Notes under the pieces: model-generated | Databases searched by the model: none | The model's input: the letters and a program-made list of their open reading frames with translations, nothing else | What the model was told of the DNA's origin: nothing | Part shown: piece by piece, positions 1-7,525 of the stretch | Layout of the letters: every line of letters starts with the position of its first letter | How positions within the stretch are numbered: the first letter of the stretch is position 1 | Assembly: GCA_016184125.1 (NCBI GenBank) | Contig: JACPDG010000043.1 | Coordinates: forward strand, 15,882 to 79,881 | Origin: Candidatus Rokuibacteriota bacterium | GTDB taxonomy: Bacteria > Methylomirabilota > Methylomirabilia > Rokubacteriales > CSP1-6 | Length of the DNA stretch: 64,000 bases | Direction of reading: 5' to 3' | Made by a program: the position numbers and the translations under genes

Positions 1-506
1 AGCGACTTCGTGAGCTGCACCAGGCCGCCCTTGGAGGCGCCGTACGGGGCGGCGAACGACGCACCGAAGATGGACATCATCGAGCCGACATTGATGATCT
101 TGCCGCCGCCGGCGATCTTCATCGGCTCGTACGCGGCACGCGAGCACAGGAACGCGCTCGTCAGGTTCGTGTCGAGGACCCGATGCCACTCCTCGGCCGC
201 GTACGTCTGCGGCGGCTTCCGGATGTTGGTCCCGGCATTGTTGACCAGGATGTCGAGGCGCCCACACCGCGCGACGGTCTCGCGGGCGAGCGACTGCACC
301 GACTGCTCGTCCGCGACGTCGACCGCGATGACCACCGGCTCGCTGCCGTACCGGGCCAGCTCCTCGGCCGCCGCGCGACTCTTCTCGGCGTTGCGCGCCG
401 CCACCACGACCCGTGCCCCTGCGGACGCGAGTCCGCGAGCCATGCCCAGCCCGATCCCGCCATTCCCACCCGTCACGAGCGCGACCTTGCCCTTCAGATC
501 GAACAC
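1..506 (-). CDS. short-chain dehydrogenase/reductase (SDR), partial; runs off the window edge
   Basis: My minus-strand translation gives VFDLKGKVALVTGGNGGIGLGMARGLASAGARVVVAARN...NAG...YGASKGG (Rossmann TGxxxGxG, NNAG, YxxxK motifs). GTG start at 504-506 with an AAGGGGG Shine-Dalgarno upstream. Not in the ORF track because it is open at the edge. Confidence 0.8.
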   Translation of the reverse strand, partial: MFDLKGKVALVTGGNGGIGLGMARGLASAGARVVVAARNAEKSRAAAEELARYGSEPVVIAVDVADEQSVQSLARETVARCGRLDILVNNAGTNIRKPPQTYAAEEWHRVLDTNLTSAFLCSRAAYEPMKIAGGGKIINVGSMMSIFGASFAAPYGASKGGLVQLTKS

Positions 507-653
507 CGTGGCCCCCTTTCGTTGTGAGAGTTACATCCGGGGTCCGAATTGAACCGCTTACAATCGCCGGCTCCTCCGTAACCTAGCGTCCTTACGGACT
601 TCGGGCAATGGCGATCCCTTGGCACATCCATCGCACGTCGAGACATCGCGACG

Positions 654-1571
654 ATGAACAACCAGATCGCGGTGCAGCTTCCGCCCGCAGGCCGACGAGG
701 CGAGACCCGAACCGCCTCCCTCCGGTACCTCTGGGGGATCGTCGTCCGGGGCGCCGGCGAAGAGGCACGACGTCACTATAGCTCGACCGTGCCGCGCGGC
801 CGCGAGGGGCGCCGCTCGCGCTCCGCCGTTCGTTTTCGCCGCACGCTCGACCGGGTCGGGCGGCTGATTCCTCCCGAGCGCCTGCTCGCCGTGCTCGTTC
901 GCGACGAGACGGCCCTGTTCACGGAGGATCTCCGCATCGTCGGCGCGCAGCGCGTCGTTCAGCCGGCGTGGCGCGGCAGCGCCGCGGAGCTGTTCCTCGC
1001 CACGCTGACGATCGCCCGTGAAGAACCCCACGCGACCGTCGCCCTGCTCCCGTCGGAGCACCTCACGGGGCACGAGGGCACCTTCATGGACTACGTCCGT
1101 CGGGCCGCGAGGGCCGTGGAGATCCGTCCTGACCTCGCCGTCGTGATCGGGGCACCCGCGTGCCGCGGCGGGCGCCCCCCCGCGTGGATCGAGCCCGGTG
1201 CCGCCGTCGAGGGCCTGGAGGGCTCCGCGATCCGATCGGTCGCGCGCTTCGTTCGCGACCCGTCACGCGCGGAGGTGTCGAGGCTGCTCGATGCGGGTGC
1301 GCTGGTCGCGACGCGGGTGATCGTGTCGAAGGTGTCGACGCTGCTGGCGCTCGGGCGCGCGCGCCTGCCGGACGTGCTCGAGACCCTCGAGCCGCTCCAG
1401 GATGCGGGGTCCGGCGCCGAGGAGGACCTCCTGCGCGAGGCCGTCTACGAGTGCATGCCGCGGGCGGACATCACGAGCGCGATTCCGCCGCGCGGTGACG
1501 GCTTCGCGGTCCTGCCGTTCCCGGAATTCCTCGAGCTCGAGGACGGCTCGCGCCTGCCGCTGGCGTCTTAA
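654..1571 (+). CDS. sugar-phosphate nucleotidyltransferase-like protein (degenerate ManC-like paralog)
   Basis: The central and C-terminal parts align with the intact mannose-1-phosphate guanylyltransferase-like gene at 26487-27431 (LLPSEHL...VVIG...WIEPG). The N-terminal G-x-G-x-R nucleotide-binding motif is degraded and low-complexity. Confidence 0.5.
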   Translation: MNNQIAVQLPPAGRRGETRTASLRYLWGIVVRGAGEEARRHYSSTVPRGREGRRSRSAVRFRRTLDRVGRLIPPERLLAVLVRDETALFTEDLRIVGAQRVVQPAWRGSAAELFLATLTIAREEPHATVALLPSEHLTGHEGTFMDYVRRAARAVEIRPDLAVVIGAPACRGGRPPAWIEPGAAVEGLEGSAIRSVARFVRDPSRAEVSRLLDAGALVATRVIVSKVSTLLALGRARLPDVLETLEPLQDAGSGAEEDLLREAVYECMPRADITSAIPPRGDGFAVLPFPEFLELEDGSRLPLAS

Positions 1572-1650
1572 TCAGAATGGGGGCCCCGAAATGGCCCCCA
1601 TACCCCCCGACGCTCGGACACGCCCCGGGAAACCCGGGGCGCGCCTCGAT
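1571..1650 (+). repeat. family A GC-rich dispersed repeat, copy A1
   Basis: ATGGGGGCCCCGAAATGGCCCCCATACCCCCC...CGCTCGG...CCCCGGGAAACCCGGGG...CTCGA; G-run/C-run hairpin plus CCCGGG-GAAA-CCCGGG hairpin. Sits immediately after the stop of the 654-1571 gene. Confidence 0.8.
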
Positions 1651-1681
1651 CCCGGTCGGCGCGAGCCCCGACATGGCGTTT

Positions 1682-2326
1682 CTACTCGGCGGCGGGAATC
1701 AGGAGCGTCGCCTGGGCGCCGGCGCCGGGTGCCGTGAACCGCAGCCGGCCGCCGTGTAACCTCGCGATCCGTTCGGCCGTCACGAGCCCCACGCCCTGAT
1801 GGCCCGGCCGCGCCGAGGGCCGCAGGCGGACGAGCACCTTCGGGTTGGTGCTGCGAAAGCCGGCGCCGTGGTCCCTGACGACGAGGGCGGCCATGCCATC
1901 CGGCTCGCGCTGCGCGCTGACCTCCGGCGGCGGCGTCCCCTGGCCCGCCGCCTGCGTGGCGTCGATGGCGTTCCGGAGCAGCTCGGCGGTGGCGCGCGTG
2001 AGCAGCGTCGGGTCCCCCACGACGTCGGGCCACTCGTCGCGTGCAGCAAGCACGACGTCCGTGAGCCGCGCGTCGGCGACGGCCCGCTCGACCACCGCGC
2101 GCAGGCTCACCCGCAGGCTCTCGCGGCGCTCGATCGCCACGACGTGCATCGCGGCGGCGAGCATCTCCGCCAGCCGCTCGATTTCCTGCTGGATCATGCG
2201 GACGCTCTCGGCCTCGGCAGGCTCACGGACCGCGCGCTTGAGCACCTCGGCGTGCATCGCCAGCGCGTTCAGCGGGCCCCGCAAGTCGTGGAGGATCCGG
2301 TCGAGGTCCTCCGGCAGGCGGGACAT
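1682..2326 (-). CDS. sensor histidine kinase (HisKA plus HATPase only, no sensor or transmembrane domain)
   Basis: MSRLPEDLDRILHDLRGPLNAL (H-box) ...GAGF...GxGLGL-type ATPase motifs; 214 aa. Start ATG overlaps the upstream response-regulator stop (ATGA). Confidence 0.8.
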   Translation of the reverse strand: MSRLPEDLDRILHDLRGPLNALAMHAEVLKRAVREPAEAESVRMIQQEIERLAEMLAAAMHVVAIERRESLRVSLRAVVERAVADARLTDVVLAARDEWPDVVGDPTLLTRATAELLRNAIDATQAAGQGTPPPEVSAQREPDGMAALVVRDHGAGFRSTNPKVLVRLRPSARPGHQGVGLVTAERIARLHGGRLRFTAPGAGAQATLLIPAAE

Positions 2327-3726
2327 CACATGATCCGGGCCGACTTGACCGCCTGGATGCCGTACTTCGCGAGCTTGTTGTAGAGCGTCTTCAGGCTGAT
2401 GCCGAGCAGCTGGGCCGCGCGGCGCTTGTCCTGGTTCGTCTCCTCGAGGGCGCGCAGGATCGCTTCGCGCTCCATCTCGCGGATCGGCACGACGCTGGAG
2501 CGCTGCGGCGCCGGAGCCGGAGTCGCCGCATGCAGCATGGTCTCCGGCAGGTGCTCGGTGTCGATGAGTCCGGAGCCGGACAGCACCACGGCGCGCTGGA
2601 TCACGTTCCGCAGCTCGCGGACGTTGCCGGGCCAGTGGTAGCGCTCGAGCTCGCGCTCGGCCTCCGGCGTGAGGCCCCGCACCTGGCGGTTGTCCTGCCG
2701 GTTGAACTCGTCGATGAAGCTCCGCACCAGCAACGGGATGTCGTCCTTCCGTTCCCGGAGCCCCGGCAGGCGGATCGAGAACACGTTCAGCCGGTAGAAG
2801 AGGTCCTCGCGCAGCTGTCCCGCCGCGATCGCCTCGGTCGGGACGCGATTGGTCGCCGCGACGACCCGAACGTCCACCTGGATCTCGGCCTTGCCGCCGA
2901 CCCGCCGGAACGTCCCCTCCTGGAGCACGCGCAGGAGCTTGGCCTGCGTGTTGGAGTCCATCTCCGCGATCTCGTCGAGGAACAGCGTGCCGCCGTCGGC
3001 GAGCTCGAAGCAGCCGAGCCGGCGCTCCGTCGCGCCGGTGAAGGCGCCACGCTCGTGCCCGAAGAGCTCGCTCTCGATCAGGGTCTCCGGGATCGCGGCG
3101 CAGTTGATCGCCACGAACGGCTTCGCGCGGCGGTTGGACAGCTCGTGGATCGTCCGCGCGACGAGCTCCTTGCCCGTGCCGCTGTCCCCGAAGACCAGGA
3201 CGGGGGCCGTGCTCGTGGCCGCGAGCTCGATCCAGCGGTAGACCTCCTGCATGGTCTTCGACTGGCCGACGAGCTGCCCGAACGTCCCCTTCTGTCGCAG
3301 CTGGTGGCGCAGGAAGCTCACCTCGCGGGACAGCGACTCCTGCTCGATCGACTTCTCGAGCAGCACCTGGAGCCGGGTCGCGTCGACCGGCTTCGTGAGG
3401 TAATCGAACGCGCCGTGACGCATGGCCTCGACGGCCGTCTCCACGGTCGCGTGCCCGGTCACGAGCAGGACGACCGGCGGACGCCCCGTCTCGCGGAGCT
3501 TCTGAAGGAGGGTGAGTCCGTCCATCTCCGGCAGGACGAGGTCGGTCACGACGACGGCAGGATGCTGCGACTCCACGAGGGAGAGCGCTTCCTCGCCGGA
3601 GGACGCCGTTTCGACCTCGTAGCCCCACTGGCCAACCATGCGCGCGAGACCTTCGCGCTCGGCGGGCTCGTCATCGACGACGAGGACCTTGCCACTCTTC
3701 ATCTGGTCGCGTCGTGCCGGACTCAC
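2326..3726 (-). CDS. sigma-54-dependent response regulator (NtrC family: REC, AAA+ and HTH domains)
   Basis: VLVVDDEP receiver, GDSGTGKELVARTIH Walker A, GAFTGA sigma-54 contact motif, C-terminal Fis-type HTH. GTG start in the track; an alternative ATG (MKSGKV) lies 27 nt downstream. Confidence 0.9.
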   Translation of the reverse strand: MSPARRDQMKSGKVLVVDDEPAEREGLARMVGQWGYEVETASSGEEALSLVESQHPAVVVTDLVLPEMDGLTLLQKLRETGRPPVVLLVTGHATVETAVEAMRHGAFDYLTKPVDATRLQVLLEKSIEQESLSREVSFLRHQLRQKGTFGQLVGQSKTMQEVYRWIELAATSTAPVLVFGDSGTGKELVARTIHELSNRRAKPFVAINCAAIPETLIESELFGHERGAFTGATERRLGCFELADGGTLFLDEIAEMDSNTQAKLLRVLQEGTFRRVGGKAEIQVDVRVVAATNRVPTEAIAAGQLREDLFYRLNVFSIRLPGLRERKDDIPLLVRSFIDEFNRQDNRQVRGLTPEAERELERYHWPGNVRELRNVIQRAVVLSGSGLIDTEHLPETMLHAATPAPAPQRSSVVPIREMEREAILRALEETNQDKRRAAQLLGISLKTLYNKLAKYGIQAVKSARIM

Positions 3727-3889
3727 TCGTGTACGCCCCGGTCTGTCAGAGGGTCTGACGTCAGTCGGATTGTCTCACGTCAGATCGCCCGACGATTGTT
3801 GTGCGAGACGTTTGCCGTCTCGGCGTTGTCTGTCGGAAGCGCGCGGGTAGAACCGGCGGTTGCGCCGATCCTCGCCCCGCGAGTCGCCG

Positions 3890-4201
3890 CTACCGCGTCC
3901 GAACCTGCAAGTTGTTGACGACGCTCTTGACGCCGTTGGCCTGCCACGCGAGCTGCTCGGCGCGGGCCTTCTGCTCGGTCGACTCGACCGAGCCGTTAAG
4001 GTAAACAGTGCCGCGATTCGTGTCAACGTCGACCCGTATCAGGTTGGCCGCCTTGTCCGCGACCAGCTTCGACTTCACGGCCGCGGTGATGGTCGCGTCG
4101 TCGATATTCTCGCCAGCGGTCTTGCCCGTCAGGGTCCGGCATCCCGCCGTGACCGGCAGGATCATCAGGAGCACCACGAACAGCTTGAATCCCCGGGCCA
4201 T
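3890..4201 (-). CDS. BON-domain (OsmY-like) lipoprotein
   Basis: MARGFKLFVVLLMILPVTAGC lipobox, then a BON domain (DDATITAAVKSKLVAD...VDVDTNRGTVYLNGSVES). Confidence 0.75.
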   Translation of the reverse strand: MARGFKLFVVLLMILPVTAGCRTLTGKTAGENIDDATITAAVKSKLVADKAANLIRVDVDTNRGTVYLNGSVESTEQKARAEQLAWQANGVKSVVNNLQVRTR

Positions 4202-4525
4202 ATCCGTCTCCTCGTCGTTCCGCCCGCCATGGGGCTCGCGCCCAGTCAAACGGTCAACCCTCGACCACGCAGCCTACGTGCCAACGAGGTGACGTCGAAA
4301 CTTTCCACGACGGATTCCCGCCATTTCCTGCGGCGTTCGGCCGCGTCGGCGGCGCAGCACGGAGGGAGACATTGCAACTTCTACACCCCAAATCGTGGAG
4401 AAGTTTTCAATGGGCTGGTCGGCGCCGAGGCACACGAGCGTGCAACCACGCGGACCTGCGGCACGTCGATCCGCTGGCACATCCACTGCACACTCGTGAC
4501 ACAATTCGGTCGACCTGGAGGGACC

Positions 4526-4684
4526 ATGCCGAACATCAAGCCGCCCGATCCGAGCGAGCTTCGGGACAAGCTGTTCAAGGAAGACCGACCACGCCCGATC
4601 GACCGCTACATCGATTTCTTCGGAACCGGCGACGGGGACCGCGATCGCGGGACGCACCCGTTCGAGGACCGGCGGGAGCGATGA
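4526..4684 (+). CDS. small hypothetical protein (52 aa), translationally coupled to the M48 peptidase
   Basis: GGAGGG ribosome-binding site 5 nt upstream of the ATG; stop overlaps the peptidase start (ATGA); charged, Asp/Arg-rich. Confidence 0.4.
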   Translation: MPNIKPPDPSELRDKLFKEDRPRPIDRYIDFFGTGDGDRDRGTHPFEDRRER

Positions 4685-5358
4685 TCCGGCCCGCCGCGGC
4701 CCTGCTCGTCCTGGCCTCGCTCGCGACTGCGTGCGCGGCGCCCACGAGCGCGCCGCGGCAGCCCCAGGCGGAGACGCGTCGCGCGCCCTCGGCCGCGCGC
4801 CCCGTCGATCCGAAGCAGGCCGAGCGCCTGCAGCGCGTGATGGTCCCCCTGATCCGGGCGGCCAGCAACCCGCGTCCGCTGAGCCAGGTCCGCGTGGGGA
4901 TCGTCGATGACGCTCACATCAACGCGGCAAGCGGCGGCAACGGCGAGTTCTACGTCACGCGCGGGTTGCTGGAGAAGGCGAACGACGAGCAACTGGCGGG
5001 CGTGCTGGCGCACGAGATCGCGCACGACGACCTGAATCACGTCGCCAAGGCGCAGGCGCTCGGCGCTGGACTGAACATCGGCATGATCATCCTCGACCAG
5101 CTGTTTCCGGGGAGCGGCGCCATCACGCCGATCGCCGGGCAGCTGATCGCCCGCAAGTACAGCCGGGACGAGGAGTACGCCGCGGACCGTCACGGCGCCG
5201 AGATCCTGCGTCGCGCCGGTCTGCCACCCGACATCATGCTCCGCACGCTGACGTGGCTGATGAACACGTCGGGCGCCGGTGGCAGGAGCGGGTTCTTCTC
5301 GACGCACCCGGCCACGACCGACCGGATCGACGCGCTCCGACGCCTGACGCAGCGCTGA
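4681..5358 (+). CDS. M48-family zinc metallopeptidase, lipoprotein
   Basis: MIRPAAALLVLASLATAC lipobox; HEIAHDDLNH (HExxH) motif. Confidence 0.85.
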   Translation: MIRPAAALLVLASLATACAAPTSAPRQPQAETRRAPSAARPVDPKQAERLQRVMVPLIRAASNPRPLSQVRVGIVDDAHINAASGGNGEFYVTRGLLEKANDEQLAGVLAHEIAHDDLNHVAKAQALGAGLNIGMIILDQLFPGSGAITPIAGQLIARKYSRDEEYAADRHGAEILRRAGLPPDIMLRTLTWLMNTSGAGGRSGFFSTHPATTDRIDALRRLTQR

Positions 5359-5412
5359 GAAACTCGGGGGCTTCGCCCGGGGTGTGGGGGCCGTTTCGGG
5401 GCCCCCACGTCC

Positions 5413-5718
5413 CTAGCCCCGCGTCGCGACCTTGCCGGCGAGGTATCCGAGCCCGATCGCGATCGCGACCGCCGCGAGCGGGTGCTGGCGCACCGCGGCA
5501 CGCGCGTCCGCGGCCCACGACTCGATCGGACGCCCGGTGAGCTCCGCCACGCGGGCGTTCGCCCTCTGGGCCATGTCCTGAGCCCGCTCCGAGACACCCG
5601 ACATGCGGGCCTGGATGTACGCCCCCGCGCGCTCGGCCACGTCCTGCGTGGAATCCACAACGCGACGCGTCGTCTCGGTCGAGGCCTCCCGCACGCGGTC
5701 CGCCGGTCGATCGTCCAT
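5413..5718 (-). CDS. DUF883 / ElaB-YqjD family membrane-anchored stress protein
   Basis: Coiled-coil N-terminus and C-terminal LAAVAIAIGLGYLAGKV anchor, typical of ElaB/YqjD. Confidence 0.7.
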   Translation of the reverse strand: MDDRPADRVREASTETTRRVVDSTQDVAERAGAYIQARMSGVSERAQDMAQRANARVAELTGRPIESWAADARAAVRQHPLAAVAIAIGLGYLAGKVATRG

Positions 5719-5787
5719 GACTCGTTCCTCCTTGTGCTCGATGTGACGTGCAGCCGTGCGACGCGCGTGCCAGAGGCGGCGCGCGCG

Positions 5788-6720
5788 TCACGCGCCCGAA
5801 CGGGCGCGCCGGACGCGACCGCTCTCGAGGAGCAGCGTGAGCGTCTGGCGCTCCCGGAAGAACGTGCGGAAGGGGTCGCCCTTCTGCGCCAGCCGCTCGC
5901 GGATGTTGCCGACGTGGAAGTCCTCGGGGTAGGTCGCGCGCTCGAGCTCGGGCCACTCGAGCGGCGCGGACACCGTGGGGGTGTGCTCGCGCACCGAGTA
6001 CGGGCTGATCATCGTCGCGCTGCGCCGGTTTCGGTGCACGTCGATGAGGATCTTGCCGCGCCGCCGCGCGCGCCGCATGTCCAGCGTGAACAGCGACGGC
6101 TCCCGCGTGCGCGCCATGCGGGTGATGGTCTCCGCGGCGAGCAGCACCTGGTCGTAGGTGTGGATCGGCTCGAGCGGCACCATGACGTGCATGCCGCTGC
6201 CCCCCGACGTCTTCACCCAGCTGCGGATCTTGAACTGCGCGAGCAGGTCGCGCACGAGCATCGCGGCGTTCCGCACCTCGCGGAACGCGATCTCGGTCGG
6301 ATCGAGGTCGAAGAGCAGCATGTCCGGCTTCTCGACGGAGTCGACCGTGCAGTTCCACGGATGGTGCGACACGCAGCCGAGGTTCACCAGATACACGAGC
6401 GCGGCGCGGTCGCTGCCGATGACGTACTCGGCGTACCCGAGCGCCGCGTGGTCCGTGCGGATACGCCGCGTGGGAATCCACGGCGGGAGGCCGGGCGGCG
6501 CCGTCTTCTGATACAGCCAGTCGGTCGCCGATGCCGCCTCGGCGCTCCTGAGCAGGCTCAGCGGCCGGTTCACCAGGAAGGGCATGAGATGGCCGTCCGC
6601 CACGTCGAGGTAGTACTCCATGAGGTCGCCCTTCGTGAATCGCGCCTCGGGCCACAACGCCTTGTCGAGGTCGGACAGGATCAGACGGCGACCATCGATC
6701 TCGCTCAGTCGGGTCGACAT
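5788..6720 (-). CDS. stand-alone LigD polymerase/primase domain (NHEJ PolDom)
   Basis: LLFDLDP...KTSGGSGMHVMVPL motifs characteristic of the archaeo-eukaryotic-primase-like LigD polymerase domain. No ligase or phosphoesterase domain is attached. Confidence 0.8.
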   Translation of the reverse strand: MSTRLSEIDGRRLILSDLDKALWPEARFTKGDLMEYYLDVADGHLMPFLVNRPLSLLRSAEAASATDWLYQKTAPPGLPPWIPTRRIRTDHAALGYAEYVIGSDRAALVYLVNLGCVSHHPWNCTVDSVEKPDMLLFDLDPTEIAFREVRNAAMLVRDLLAQFKIRSWVKTSGGSGMHVMVPLEPIHTYDQVLLAAETITRMARTREPSLFTLDMRRARRRGKILIDVHRNRRSATMISPYSVREHTPTVSAPLEWPELERATYPEDFHVGNIRERLAQKGDPFRTFFRERQTLTLLLESGRVRRARSGA

Positions 6721-6780
6721 CGCCCGCCCGTCAGCGCGCCGCAGACCGCAACACGCTGCGCATGCTCTGCGCCATGCACG

Positions 6781-7080
6781 TCACGCCGCGCGGCGCCGGT
6801 CCGTGGCCGGCCGGTCGTGACGCGCGGCCGCGAAACGGTCCATCGCGGCGAACGCGCCGGCCAAGGCGAGCCCCGTCTGCACGGTCCGCGCGGCGGTGCT
6901 GATGAGCGTGAGCATCGGCACGCGCGAGAGCGCGAGGCCGACGGCGAAGCCGACGGCGATGGTGGCGTACGGGATCCACCAGCGATCGGGCAGGCGGCGC
7001 CCGAGAGCATCGAGCTCGCGCTCGATGAGCTGTCGCGTCAGCGCAATGTCAGCCTGGATCTCGTCTGTCCTGCGAGCCAT
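6781..7080 (-). CDS. DUF3618-like small membrane protein
   Basis: MARRTDEIQADIALTRQLIERELDALGRRL...single TM. The upstream R-rich extension of the track ORF is discarded. Confidence 0.55.
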   Translation of the reverse strand: MARRTDEIQADIALTRQLIERELDALGRRLPDRWWIPYATIAVGFAVGLALSRVPMLTLISTAARTVQTGLALAGAFAAMDRFAAARHDRPATDRRRAA

Positions 7081-7442
7081 CGCCAGGTCTCCCTGAGTGA
7101 AGCGAGCGTTTCGCGCGGCCACTCGAGGTGCGTGAGCCGGTAGGCGCTCCACGCGAGCACCGCGAGGGCGAGGAGCACGACGCCGCCGCCGGCGATGACG
7201 AGCGGCTCCCCGGGGGCATCGAACAGGGGCGCGATCGCGCCGGCGATCAGCACCACGAGCGCTGCGACGAGCGCTGCGGCCGCGACGAGGGCGATCGCGC
7301 CGGCGATCAGCGCGGCGACGGCGACCTCGCGCGTCTCCGCGAGCCCGAGCTCGAGCTCGAGCTTCGCAAGACGGCCGAGACGATCGATGACGCCCGAGGA
7401 ATCGGCGTCGCGCGGCACGTCGAGACGTCGCACGCTGGCCAT
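7038..7442 (-). CDS. phage holin family (holin-X/DUF1469-like) membrane protein
   Basis: MASVRRLDVP...GRLAKLELELGLAETREVAVAALIAGAIALVAAA...two TM helices; commonly co-located with DUF883 and DUF3618. Confidence 0.6.
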   Translation of the reverse strand: MASVRRLDVPRDADSSGVIDRLGRLAKLELELGLAETREVAVAALIAGAIALVAAAALVAALVVLIAGAIAPLFDAPGEPLVIAGGGVVLLALAVLAWSAYRLTHLEWPRETLASLRETWRWLAGQTRSRLTLR

Positions 7443-7525
7443 TGGACGACAGCCAAGCAATTCCGCTGCCGCCGATCGCCGTACGCCGGTGCGGGCGGCC
7501 GCGGCGCGCGCCGCGCATGCGGACG

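Noticed and set aside
5975-6511. Contiguous same-frame ORF pair 5975-6157 and 6158-6511 (+), considered as another stop-codon-recoded gene
   Set aside because: The separating stop is TAG, not TGA. The pair is antisense to the well-supported LigD-Pol gene and has no domain similarity.
5234-6655. 473-aa minus-strand ORF (Arg/Ala/Gly-rich) and similar long ORFs such as 7880-10951 (+), 24100-26238 (+), 50705-52651 (+), 55502-57838 (+) and 42313-45198 (+)
   Set aside because: They are antisense or out of frame relative to well-supported genes (LigD-Pol, dnaE2, rnd/SDR, MFS, MaoC and others). They have extreme Arg/Gly/Pro composition typical of spurious ORFs in ~70% GC DNA, and no recognisable domains.
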